Shown piece after piece: positions 23,865-37,626 of a DNA stretch of 57,062 nucleotides. Origin of the DNA: Hydrurus foetidus (taxonomy: Eukaryota). The position numbers and the translations under genes are program-made. The stretch covers positions 1-57,062 of the forward strand of contig UYFQ01000354.1 in NCBI GenBank assembly GCA_900617105.1. The letters run 5' to 3'. Numbering within the stretch: position 1 is the first letter of the stretch; the number at the start of each line of letters is the position of its first letter. The notes under the pieces are model-generated. The model had not been told where the DNA came from and made no database searches. It saw only the letters and a list, made by a program, of their open reading frames with translations.

Positions 23865-26800
23865 TTAAACATCCTCTCCTGTGGAATTATTGGATCCAGA
23901 GTCCGCACCATCAACGACAAGTGTGACCTTATTCGTTGAATAAATTTCATTAAAATTTCCAGAAGTAGGTCTCAGTTTTTTTTGCTTTATATTTGATAGA
24001 CGAAATTTTAAATGTTCCTCTTGGACGTCTTCGAATCTTTTTAGTAAAACATTGTGACATGATGTTACATTCGGTTCGGGACTTAATTGGTCTGTGTCTG
24101 GTGTATTACTATTTTGTTTTTTATTTTGCACTCTTGCAGAATTTGAAATTGTGTTATTATTATCATTAACGATCATGATATTATCATCACTCTCAATTAA
24201 ATTATGATTGCTGTTGCTGCAATGTCCGTGATTACTGTTTCCGTTTCTTCTCTCGGAAAATCCTATGTGCATTTGCAACGAACTGACCGTTACCAGTCGG
24301 TCCGACAATGTGCGATATGCTTGGCTCTGAGGAAGCAGCTAGAGGAAAAAAATTGATTGTACAAATAAGTGAAACAATAGGTTAATAAGTAAACAAATTA
24401 ATGAAAAAACAAAACAAAAATATTCAAGGAAAAGAAAGACAAGGTTTATGAAATGAGAAATCAAAAAAATTGTTGGGAAATAATTGAATTGGCAACACAG
24501 ACAGAAGAACTTGTACTCTATAAAAAAGTGAAAGATAATAATAAAACGGTTTCAGATGTCTCATAAAAAATCCCAAAAAATGAGGAAAGAAAAAAATGTT
24601 ACGGAATGTAATTGTGTCAAAATAGTCATGCAGACCATATGATAAGCAGAAAAAGAGAGTAGAGATGTAAAGTACATTAAGTAAAGAGAAGTAAGAAAGA
24701 TAAGAATTAAGTGATTGTTCATGCATATTACAGAGCTAAAAAATACAATTTTTTTGTGACTTATTTTTATTCATATGATTAGATGCAACTTACCATTAAT
24801 AATCCGTATAAACTTTTTAATAAATCCCCGTGATTTCTTGATTCAACTTGCAACAATTGTAATCGCAAATGAATGAAAATAGGCGATTCTATAAACTGCA
24901 CCAATTTATCTACTTGCATCAAAAATCCTACAGTTACATCTACTTCTGCGAATTTTAAGACTAATTTAGAGGATAAATCGTATGCTTGGGAAAGGAGGCA
25001 AAGCGAAAAAGTAGCCACTGGATTATGACACCAACAAACAAATAGCGATTTGAATATTTCGATATCGTCACTATTTTCGAAATCGTTATTATCTAATTTA
25101 AATCCGATTTCTTTCTTTTTTTCCTTTTCATTATCATTGATATAATTATCGTAGTTATTGTCACTTGTATTATTATCATTATTATTATTATTATTACTCA
25201 AATCGTTTTCCGTTATTATTTTTACGGATTTCATATCAAAACAATTTTTCAACGATTTCCGTAAACTAGTCAACTCCGGTGCGGTGAGTAAAATTAAATT
25301 CAAAGATTGCACCATTTGACTAACGAATTCCAAATGTACCGACGTGCTTAATATTCCCGCTAGTGATAGATAAATACTCGTGCCGTCTAACAACAAACAC
25401 AATTTCCGCACAACTAAAGCTCCTCTTATTTCTAATAAACTTCGATCTTCTAAAAATAAATTTAGTAGTGCATTCAACACCCGTAAGAACTCTTTTTTGT
25501 CCAATGATATTGATGCTAATATTTGCAGTGTTAATAAAACTACTTCGTCAGATGGGTCGGAAATAGTTCTCAATAATGCGGGCAGTAGACTGGACATTAA
25601 TCTGTTCATTTTAGGGGGGTCTTTTTCTTGCAGCGCTTGGATCCACTGCAAGGCGGCCACTCGAGTTGTAACGGGATCGGATAATAGCTCGTCTGTACAT
25701 ACGTGTTTGTGTGTGTGCGTGTGTGAGTGTGTGTGTGTGTGTTTGTGTGTGTATGCATGTGTGTGCGTGTGTGTGTGTGTCAGTAACATTACATGCGATA
25801 CTATCGGATAACATGAGGTGACGTGTAAGGTACTAAAAGTGAGGCAAGGTAAGTAAGTAGTATGGCAGGATAATTTCAAATGAAAACAGTGGACACGAAA
25901 AGACACGATAAGTTCTAAATTTAAAATGAAACAAGATACAATAAGAAAGAGTGTAAGTGTGTTTTCTGGTGTAGTTTGGTGTCGTGTGTGTCGGACAAAC
26001 TATGAAATAGTAAATAATAGGGAGAGAAAGACGAGGAGAGGAGAAAAAATGTCAACGGCATCTAAAGTGCGGTTTCCCTGTATCACAGTTAGTACAAATA
26101 TCTTACTTATTAGTATGAGCAATATGGGAGCCAGGGAAAAGTCCTCCTCCGTGCTCTTGACTAGACTCGTGAGGGCTGAAAAGAAAAGAAGAAAATAAGA
26201 GTAAGAAAAAGAAAATGAAAAAGAAAAATGAAAATGAAATGAAAAAAAAGGAAGGAAAAAAAGAGGAATAGGAAGGAATGAGAAAGTAGGGGAGATAAGG
26301 ATGGAAAATTTAAAATAAATCATGTCTTGCTAATGATAAATCAATTAAAGTTTTAAAAGTCTGCAAATATCGGTCTACACACTGACCTTGATTTGCGGTA
26401 TTGGCGGCGTTATTTATGTCCACTTCTTGATCGGATATGTTGTGCATGACGCTTGTGAGTATATTGGCGTAAAAGAGAACCAGTCTGAGGAAGTGAAAGA
26501 AAACAGCGATTAGAAAAGATAAGAATGTGAGATAGAAAAGGGAATGAGGGAAAGAAAAGGTGCACGGGGGAAGATAAAGAAAGGATAGGAATTGGATTGT
26601 AAGGCACGGTTCACTAAAATTCGCGGTGCAATGTATGAAATACACGTGAAATCAAAAGTGAAGGAAAGGAGTGGATAGGAAATGAAACTTATTTATTGTG
26701 TGCATCTTGCGGAAGATTTTTTCTATCTCAAAAATGGAAATTTTCAGTGGTCCCATGGGTTACACAAAGGGAAAAGAAAGAAAAGAAATTAGTGAGCGAG

Positions 26801-28769
26801 TGAATGAAATAAAAAAACTGACATCGGCTTCACCAATGCAGCAAACGAAACAAAACGAAATAAAACAGACCTAGTTTTTCCCAATATGATGAACTCATAA
26901 ACCCATTTCAGAGCAGCTAGTCTGTGTGTGCGCTCGAGCGATTTGCACTGATTCACTAGAATATTCACCATAGGACCAAACTCAGTCACCTGTACGTACG
27001 TGAGTGTATGATCGTGTGAGTGTATGCACGTTAATTACATTAATGATGGAACGTACGAACGTACGAGTGAAAGAGTGTGTGTAAGTTACGTACGTGAACA
27101 CGTTGTGAAGTCTGTATGTGAGAGTTTTGCAGCATTTCAATTACTCAAAAATTGAAAAAATCTGTGCCATAACACACGCACATACGCACGAACATGTATA
27201 ACTACGAACTCACCTCTGCTTGTTTAATTTCTCGTAAAAAATCCGACAGAGCGTTATTGGCAGATAGTTGAATTTCTCTATTGTTGTCCGACAACATGTT
27301 GAACAATCCGTCTAAAAATTCGGGTAAATAATCGAGCATGTTTATGTCCGGTACCGCATTTAGTACGACAATCCAACCCACAATTAATTGACGTATGTAC
27401 GGTTTTGTACGTTTGATATTTTTTTGTAACAGTGGTATGAAGGATTCTACATGGAAAATATCGCTCTCTGTGACTATGTCTTTGATCAGCCTGTCCAGTA
27501 AATTCGCACCATTTTTAACGTCAACATCAACGTGTGCAAATAATTTGCATAAACCGTCAAATATCGGATTGAAGTACTGAAGGACACTCGACCGTGCAAC
27601 TTTCGAAATATTATACAATGATTCACTTGGTTCGTCACGTGTGGTGTGGTGTGTGGTGTGCAAGTTTGTATACGTATACGGTGTGATCCGAGAGGGGGGG
27701 ACGGGACGGGACGGGTATGGGGGGAATGGTGGGAAAGACGAGGGGGGGGGTAAAAGAAGGGGAAGGAAATACATAAGAAAGATTGAACGTGTATCGATAA
27801 TGATAAGGGCTCGACATGGGATGAAGAATGTACGAGGAAACAAGGACGAGTGCTAGGAATCAAAAAGATGCAACCTACCACATATGAAAAAATGTAAATG
27901 AGACAACAAGAATAACAGGAAACAGATTCGCACAGCTTTTTCTCTCTCGGCACACGTACGCTGGAAGAGCTCACTTCATGGTTACTCCTCCTCATAATCA
28001 ATTCTTTCATGATATGTTAATCTCACTGACTTCTTTCCTATTTCCGTTTGTTTCTCTTCAGTTCACTCAAGTTTGTCCAGAAATATGATGACATGCTCTT
28101 CTTCATCATCTTCTTCTTCTTCTTCTTCTTCTTACCATGCGTAGTAGCTGACTCTGCTCTCTGGATCGTCAAAGCACTCAAGTACTGGTGGAATCAAGAG
28201 GTACAGGAATCGCTCTATCTCAGGAACTAATCCTATCGCACAAGCAGCTAATCCTATCAAACCTTAGGAACAAAGTAATGGTGTCATTATGGTGAAAAGT
28301 GAGAAGCTTGTGTGAGATAAGTAATCTATTTGGACTTTGGAAGTTTTCATCTCCTTAATGTTGTCGTGAAGTGTCTGAAGAAAACAGTTCCTCAGGTTTG
28401 ATTACATATTATTTGCTGATTTGATAAACTTTGTTCAGTTTCCGAATTACCTCCTTTTCTATGATGTACGTTCCGAGATCTGGTGAACTCTTGCGCTAGC
28501 AGGTTCACCACATTGGCGATACAATCGCGCTCTCCTACTCAGACAAATGTCACCATCGGAAAAGTTACTGAAATAAGCCAATTTTTCATTATGAGGAACT
28601 CGCTGCCTTCGGCCTGCAGCGATTCAGTACCTCCTTCTTGCAGACTTTTAATCAGGGCTGTAACATCGAGGGCTGCAGTTTTCCTCTTGTCGTAAGACCT
28701 ATCTCCCAAACCTCTTAAAATAGCGGGTGGCAGTGGTGACTCAGCTGGAGTTCCAGTCTCCTCTAACAT
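23865..28769 (-). CDS. VAC14: VAC14 scaffold of the PIKfyve/Fab1 complex
   Basis: Multi-exon. LRGLGDRSYDKRKTAALDV, GLIGLAACAIGL, DVDVKNGANLLDRLIKDIV, LLEIRGALVVRKLC, WCHNPVATFSLCLLSQAY, QVDKLVQFIESPIFIHLRLQLL, LLKSLYGLLM. Confidence 0.96.
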
Positions 28770-30461
28770 TTTCAATCACGATTTCCGTTGCTTACAGGGG
28801 GTTGTAGGAATAAGGAGCAATCACCGAGCACTGTCACCGCGTTGCTAATTGCTGCTGATTCGTATCTTCGATCTTCTACAGTATGCCTTGGCTGCTGCTC
28901 ACATCAAAAATAAAAATTTGATGGGAGTTCTTTAGAACTATTTCACGGATTTGAAATGACGGATTTCGGTTTCTAAAACTGAAGATGTTGAACGTTCGAA
29001 CATGCTCGGCTCCGATGAATATTACACTGTGGATTTCAAGAACTTCATTTGTATTCTGAAGCGTTCCTCATCCTCCCCAATATCTTTCGATGGTCGAACC
29101 AAAAGCCGTTGAGTTACGTTTTTTCATTAATAAGATCAAGTAAAGAGAGTACATGAACACATAAACAAATAATATGAATTAAGGGGACCATTTTTACCTA
29201 CAAAGTATAAGCGTATTTACAGATAAAATATGTGCCTCAAATATTTTGCGAAATCCACGTGAGATTTAAAAGTTCTACTCTATTTGACGAAAAAATAATT
29301 ATATAGTAAGATATAATTAAAATACATATAATCTTATTCAGCATCTAATATTGATGTATTTTGAAGGAGTCAATAATGTGACCATTGATCTTTATAAAAT
29401 TGATAACAAATTCTCTCGTTTCGAAGAATCGTATTATCTCCACTTCTATATTTTTCATGCAGTATAATTACCGTTTTAAATGTTGGTAGTTATTTTCTTT
29501 TTTAACTTTTTCTTTTTTCTTCCACAGTTCTTGATCACCTGATTCCAGGTATTGTGTTAAATCATTTACTAAAAGATGAACATTATTTTCTAGCAGTATT
29601 TATTAAGGGAAATACTGCAATATATTACAGAATGTGTATATGTCTATTAAATGAATATAACCGTTATTTTAGTGTTAAATAACGCACTTGGCAAGAAATA
29701 ACATCATTCCAATATAATCATATTACCGTAGGAGATTCCTATTTTTCTATATCATGATATACATAAAATGTGTAATCAAATCATATCAAGAATCGTACGA
29801 TGTTCAACCGTCATGTACATCATGACTTATCATGTAATGTTTCGCAGATCAATAGAGTATTATAATCAAACGCTAACCTGTTCCTTCTTCATCAGCATCG
29901 GCATCATGATCTTCATCTTCTCCATTCTCCTCTATCTCTTTTTTTTCCTCCTTTTTCTGACCCCTACCTTAACATCCTTCTCATCTTTTCTCGATTCCTT
30001 CTCTTTCATCTAGTCCCCTGCTCGACTTTTCTCTTCGCTCTCACCCTTCCTTCTCATCTTTTCTTTCTCATCTTCCTCTCTCTTCTCCATTTTGATTGTT
30101 CTATTTGTCATTTCATTGATTCATCTCGAATTGACCTTTATCCTTCATTGGACTGCTCTTCTCCTGCGACTCGACTTGCTTTATTGGATTCTTCTCGATG
30201 ATCTAATTGTCTGGCTTATCTTTTTTCATTGTCATTTGTTTTCTTTGATCTCTTCACCCTTTCCTCTTTGTCTTCTATTAATTCTTTATTTGTCTTCGGA
30301 CTTATTCACATTCTCTTTTTCCTTTTCATTTATCTTTTTCTCTCTCTCGACTGCATTCTTGTCTACTAAATTACTTTTCCGGAATCTTCTTTTATTCTTT
30401 CTCATTTAGATTTTTCATTCATTCTTGACTTTTTTCTTTTCTTTCGTCTTCGATCCTTTTC

Positions 30462-32209
30462 TTATCCGACTTTGATTTCTTTCCATTCTTTCTCTTCCTT
30501 CTGATTTCTTTCTTCTCCGTTCCTTTTTCTCCTTTCATCTCTTTCTTCTTTTTCTCGTCTTTTATCTCTTTCCAGTAACTCTTTTTCTTCTTGACAATCT
30601 TCTGGTTCGATATCATTTGTTCTGCGACTTGTATCTTCATCATTTTCGATCACTATTTCACTCTCACTCCTTTTCTTATTTTCCGTCTTTATACCAATGA
30701 AGCTCTCGCTATCATCATTATTGTCGTCATCATTATTATTACAAACTTTTGTAACCTTCTTCCCTGTACTTCGTAAATTTTTTATATCCAAAATCAAATT
30801 AGATTTCTTTTCGTTTTTATTTGGTGTTTCAAATCGCGTGGAAATTTCCGTTGCTGGAGAATATTCGCCAGGAGAATCACATTCTTCAGGAATATTCTTC
30901 GAATTTTTCGGGATATTAGTTGAATTGGAAACTATATCATCTTTTGAAATGCTCTTATTACTATTTGTACTGCTGTTTAATTGATCAGACGACTTTTCGC
31001 TGTTTGCATTTGAAGTATTTGCCGTTGAATGGATTAGAACGTTTCCGATTATTGATGCTTGAAATCCTAACTTCACCATTTTGCAATTTAAATTTCCCCT
31101 AATACTTCCATTTTCAGTAATGATCAATTTTTCCACTGAGACATTTCCGAGGACCTGACCGCCTCCACTTATAGTCAAGCAATTTATGTTGGTAAAATCG
31201 CCAATTATTATGCCTGATAAAATTCAAAAAAAAGTTAACAAATGAAGCGACTCCAAGATGAGTTAGTTGAAGTAAAGGATTCAATAAAATGAAATTGAAA
31301 ATAACACATATGTGATCATCAAGAATGCAGTGCAGTAACTCTTTCTTGAGAATCGATACAGCGACTACGGCGTTTACACTTCAAATAAAAGAAATTCATC
31401 GTGGTGAAAATAAAAAAATCGATAGTCACGAAACAGCGAGGTAGTTACTTTCATTTGTCAGAACTAATGCCATTCAACTCAAGACCTGCACACTGTAAAA
31501 AAAATTAAAATATTCACAATTTCAATAAAACACTCAGCTTACCTGTATTTCCTACAATAATATCACCGCGAGAAACCAGTTTTCCCTCAAATGTTCCGTC
31601 AACACGAAGAAGTCTTAGGAACAAAGAAACAAAACAAAAGAACAAATTTATGAGAACTAGCAGAAATAGACAGCATCGTTTATTTCAAAAGCAAATGGTG
31701 CAGCAATGGGATAGAATTACTGATATCGTTGGGATCGTGATGAAGAATTTAAAGAACAAAGAAAATATCCAGACTAGAAGAACTAGAGCAACTTCTCAAT
31801 TCTGAACACAATCACTCCAGAAGTGGAACTGATTATGAATCCGATAAGCCACTAAACAGCATAAAATGCGGAGTTTGCGTCTAACAAACCTCTTAAATTG
31901 CATGGTTCCTTTAATTTCAACACCTGCCCCTATCGTTGATTCAGGAACGCTATCTTTGAGAGAATCCCTCATTAAGAGACTCGATAAAATTGGATCAGAC
32001 TGACTAGATAGGGTTCCAACGTTCGATATCTGACGTGCAGCCTTTAAGCCCCCTCCACCGCCCATTTGATTGTTAAATGAATCACCAGCTCGACCCACTC
32101 CCTCATCATATTCAGTTTGCTTGCTTTTGTAATCATTAAGGGTCACCCCCACTGGCACCTTCCGCCTCGGAGGAACAGGAGGAGGCTGACGGCCCACCAA
32201 GTTGCTCAT
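30462..32209 (-). CDS. Bactofilin (polymer-forming cytoskeletal, DUF583) domain protein with long S/N- and E/K-rich tail; true 3' end probably further downstream (~29490-29880)
   Basis: Exons 32209-31890, 31613-31543 and 31213-30462 splice to STIGAGVEIKGTMQFKRLLRVDGTFEGKLVSRGDIIVGNTGIIIGDFTNINCLTISGGGQVLGNVSVEKLIITENGSIRGNLNCKMVKLGFQASIIGNV, the bactofilin beta-helix pattern. Confidence 0.85.
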
Positions 32210-32784
32210 CGCCCAACCTTTCTGTAGTCACGCAGCTTCAAATCAACTAATATGACACGTGGTAGTCTTCACTGTCTAAAGTCTAAACTGAGGCGTTTTC
32301 CACGAGATCACCCTCAAACTAACAAAAATCTGGGAAGAATTGGAGGGTATCGTAATCTGTAACGATTGTCAATATCCTACAAGTCCCAATAAATTTCACA
32401 AGCATTCGCACGACCATCACGAAAGGTAATGTCACACGCGATGCGATGAGAGTGAGAAGAAGCGCTCGTTGCTTGTTGCTGAATTGACCGAAGTACACAG
32501 CGACTCGATAAAGGAAACCGTCAGAACGTACATTCCGTACGGTAGAATCCGTCTGGAATTTTTGGGAGGATCGAATCGATCGATCGGTCGGTCGGGTCCG
32601 AAGTTTGAAGACTTTCTTTTTCTTTGGAGGAGGACTACGACTTTCGGTTGTTTTACAAACTCTGCACTCTGCAGCAGTTCAAAGTAATCTGTCATCATTC
32701 TGCGAGTTTGCTGGCAGCGTGTCTTTCGTTTGCTGTACCAATAGTTGAAGGAAATTGTTTTCTGGACGGATCAGGCGGAGAAAC

Positions 32785-35700
32785 ATGATGATGCCGCTAC
32801 TCCGAGGATTTCGACACTCTAGTCTTATCATTACTTTAGCGCTCATCTTTGTTCATCAGCAAGATAGTGTATATGCCAACAAATTGACCAGTCTATCATT
32901 TGAGCCACCCTTCAGAGATATAGACAACTCTGGTCTTAGAATGGTGAGCACTGGATGGCGGACATCAGGAGCAACTGTTATCAACAACAACTTCGTAAGA
33001 TTGACACCTGATCAACAGGTAATTGCTGCATCAATTATGGAAAGTTGTAGTAGAGGCTGAGAGTGCTACTGATTCCAGCTGCTGCGGTGTATTTATCTCC
33101 TTGACGCCTTTGAAGAAATCCCGAGATCAGAACGTATTTAAGAGATGTCCTCCCACGATGACTTCATCCTATTTGTGACCTCATTTGACCTTTGGCAGAA
33201 AATATAAGCAGAATTGTGCATTTCTATCTGATTATTCTTCTGAAATGGTAGCTGATAGAGCTGAAATCGTCTATCTGGACATATTTTCTCTCCTAAGAAA
33301 AATGCTGAGAAATGTTCAGATTCAATTTATTATCTTTCACCTATTTTTTTCGCTTTTACTCCACACCATTTGTTGGACATCTTCGCTACCCCTAAATCCT
33401 CTTCAATTCTTGAAAGACTACTCTGCAAGCGCATTGTATTATGCCACTCTAAATTACTCCATGATACGCTAAAATTCTAACAGTCCAAGAAAGGCGCTCT
33501 TTGGTCGAGAGCACAGGTGTCACTTCCGTCATTTTCAGTGGTGTTGAAATTTCTTATCAGCGGAAAGGGAAAGAATTTCTTCGGTGACGGAATAGCTCTG
33601 TGGTTGGTTCAACAACCGTATTACAGCGAAGGAGAAGTTCACGGATTTCATGAACATTATTACGGTAATTTCAACCCTTATTTCCAATTATAGCGATGCT
33701 TTGTTTTGTATTATTTTTTAAACCATCCTTGTTCAGATGATTTGATATTGAAAATGATGTGGGAATGAAATGTATTGTATCGGAGAGCTGTAATCGCACT
33801 GTATGTTATGTAATATTTCATTTAAGCTTTTACAAGTGATCTTCACAAAAGTTTGTATTTATCATTTTTTTTGTTTTGTATACTACAATGCGATATGATC
33901 TTTCAGGAAATGATCAATATTCAACTTTCTCAAATCCGTCTTAATTATTTCCGAGAATGGTAATGTGTATCTGAAACCGTTTTAAAAACCGTACGATTAA
34001 TTTTTTTTCTGTTTTTAGGTATCGGTATAATAGTGGATACGTTTCGAAACACCGAGTCTCACGCACACAGAGACGTCACTGTACTGATCAACGATGGCGA
34101 ACAGACCTACGAAATGATGACGAAAGCTGTGCAGGTACGAGACGGAAAAATGCACATACAAAATCTTGAAAATTTTGACGATTTTTGTTTCAACTTATTG
34201 TTTCTGTGCACGCACTATTTTTTCATTTCATCACATACTGAAAGAAGACTACATTTTCTGTACACATCTATTTTGGCAGTGACCTTAACAAATTTTATTT
34301 CTGTTGTTTGTCGATTTACCAACTTACCCATCATTTATTTATTTATGTATTTATTTATTTATTTTGAAATCTATTGTTTAATTCTGAAGACCTATAATTG
34401 CATTTATAAGCCTATTTGTTCTGTCACTTATCACCCACTCAATGCACATCAGGGATGCAATATGTTGGGTCTAAGATATGACGGAGACAGAGCCGATTTC
34501 AAAGTGACCCACTCCTCTCAACTGAAAATAACCATCGATGGAAAAAAGTAAGAAATTCTCATTTATAGTACTGCATTAAATAACATTGTGCATTTGTATT
34601 TATTTTCGTTTGGTGTTTGAACTGAACGATTGATCAATATCATGTAAACTACACACATACGTCATCAAATGTATATGTACATACGTCATCAGATGTGTAT
34701 GTGCATACGTCATCAAATGTGTACGTGCATTCGTCATCAAATATACATGTACATATGTATCTAAATGTGCATACACGTGCGTACGTTCCCTGTAGACTGA
34801 CTGTGCTGGTGGACCCCAAGGGCGATGGGGACTATTTGCCGTGTGTGGACATCGCGGATGTCGGGTTGTCGGAGGGGTGGGGGAGAAAGGCGTATGTTGG
34901 TCTGACCGCAGCGACTGGCCAGCTGTCAGGTGAGATGAGGGGTGAAATGAGGCTAAATTGGGCGAAATGGGGTGTTTTTGAATGAGGTGGGAAGAATGAT
35001 GAAATGAAACGACATGGGGTGAATGTGAGCAAGGTGTGATAAGAGGGGAAGAGGGAGAAGTGAAATGAGATAAAACGAGTAGAAATTAAATGAGATGAGA
35101 TTGAGAGAGGGGGAAGGAAAAGTGAGAGGAGATGAGATGAGATGAGGAGCACCTGTCAAGGAGAAAGTGTAGAGGCGAACACATAGATGAAGACAGAAAT
35201 ATGCCGTTAGATAGATGGACAGACAGACAAACACACACACAGTCAGATATACAGACAGATAAACACTGACGGAGGTTGAGAACGAGAATGAAGGACGTCA
35301 CATCAGCACCTACATATTCTCTTCATTACCCATAATCGTCCTCATCTCGACTTACATCATATCATTGCTCCCTCTCTACTCTTAGATAATCACGACATAG
35401 TTTCTCTGTCTGTGTATGCGGATGAAGCAACTATGGAAAAAGCAGAAAAGGAGAAGTACGGTGAAGTCGTACGTTTCGAAACGTCCGCCCAAGGAATGGT
35501 GTTCAGTGAAAAGCTAGTGAGGTGAGTTTGTTAGGGTAAGAAAGAGAGAGAAAAGAGAAAGTATAAGGAGGGCGGGAGAGGGATGTGGGAATAGAAGAGA
35601 AAAGGAGGTGGTGAGGAGGAGGAAGAAGAGGGAGGGTGAGAAAAGGAGAGCTTCTTATTCTCAGTTAGCATTTTTATGTCCAAGTTTTCATGTTTATTTA

Positions 35701-36626
35701 TCTTCATACTTTCTTTCACATAGATTAGAAGTGGCGGCAAACAAACTCCTGAATCGGCTCGAGTTCATGGACAAACATCACGAACACGATTTTGCCTCCG
35801 CCTCCGACAACATAGCAGATATATATGTGAGTTAAATGAAATATGTTCGATGATACAGCTGACATATATGTGACTCAATCTCCCCTCTCACTTTGCGCCT
35901 TTCTCTCTTACGTGGCACTTCTCAACTCCTCATTCTACTCGTAACCCCTGTATTTTTCCATTTTTTTCCTCCATAAAACTTCTCTTCTCTCGCGATATAT
36001 TTAACCGATATTTCTACTATTCGCTTCAGGACAAGTTGAGGATCAAGGAGGAAGATGCAGAACACAGAATCTCAGTACTCGAAGATCTCATCCACAAGGT
36101 AAGAATTTTATTTTATTGGGTTGTTTTATTAAGTATTGTTTGTTGGGGAGAATAACAGTGTGTTGTGTTATCTTTCATTGTGTGATATTGTCTTGTATGA
36201 TGTACGATGTAGTGTAGTACGGTACAGTACGGCATCGCGTTGTTTTGTATTGCGATAAACAGTACAGTAGTGAATAATATTTAATTGTACTGTATTTAAT
36301 TGTTTACCTTTGAGTAGGTGTATCTTTGATACAATACACTTTGAATCCATTTAACCTCTCTCTTCTTTTATTCTTCTTTTTTTCAGGTTGTGTCAGGACC
36401 TGACTCGAACATGAAGTTGTATAAACTGGAAGAAAAAGCTGAAATTGAAATAGATGCTAGCATGAAGAAATTCGAAAATAAAGTCGTAAAAGATCAATCG
36501 AAAAAATTAAATATAAATGGAAGTTGGCACATACCTTTTGTTAGTTTATTTTTTTTGTTTATTTTGTCTGGATTCATTTTTCGAATATATTACAAGAAAA
36601 TGATGAAAACTATTCGAAACAATTGA
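32785..36626 (+). CDS. L-type lectin cargo receptor (ERGIC-53/VIP36-like)
   Basis: Signal peptide; LSFEPPF, FVRLTPDQQSKKGALWS, ISGKGKNFFGDGIALW, GIIVDTFRN, YVGLTAATGQLSDNHDIVSL; coiled-coil stalk; C-terminal TM and short basic tail; about nine exons. Confidence 0.92.
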
Positions 36627-37626
36627 TAAAATTTTCAATCAATTTTGTAATTTTGTCTTAGCACGTCATAATCTTTTTTTTAATATGTGCTAGAATTAGT
36701 ATTACATAAATCAATTACATTAAGATTGTACCATCTAGTAAATTTCACCAACCAGCTCCTTTTCTTTTCGCGATTTTTCTCTTTTTTTTATTCTGAATTT
36801 AAAAAAAATCAGATTTCAGAAAAAAATGTGTGTTCTTTTTTCTGGGATACTCGCACACATACGCTGATACGAATATCTCTTGTAGAAGAAATCGGAAACA
36901 ACTCAATCAGTGTACGGTGCTGGCAGCGCCGTACAGTAGCAATTTCATTCGAGAGACAATTATCAACTAGCACCAGTTGCGGAGTTGTCCCCAAAGGGAC
37001 AAAAACTGATACCATACGATTTGGCTGCTGGGCGAATCTGATCTGAGGACGCAATTCATGGGGCTGTAAAAAACCCATAGAAGTGCAATTTACCTTCCTC
37101 CCTATATCATGGGGAATGAAGGAAACTCCGCGTGAACCTTACCGAAAACTGATTGTACGGAAATGATTAGGATAACCGTGAATTGCGGCCTCACATGATT
37201 TGAGTATTCTGACCACAACTAGTGCAGCAACACAGTTGTTGGCAACTTCACTTCACTATGTACCGATCTCGTCAATGTCCGGTGCGCAATAATTATTTGG
37301 ACGACATCAATTCTTGAAAATTAAAAAATAATGATTTCGCCTTGCACGGCTCCAGCAAGTGGTATACAATGTACTGTGTTTATTTTACAAATTAAAAGTA
37401 GTCTTGCATCGTTGCTTCAAAAGTTGTTAGGAAAGAATTCAGATATGCGCGGCTATTTTGTAGTCAGCAATTTGTAGAGAATAAAAATAAAAAATATTCC
37501 AGACTACTCGTTAAAAAAAAAAAAGTTAGAAAAAATTCAATTAAGTGTGTGATTTCAAAACCTCATGTTTTTTTTTTTTTTAAATTATTTCCTTCTTTCT
37601 TTTGCCATCATCTCATTATACGGAAA

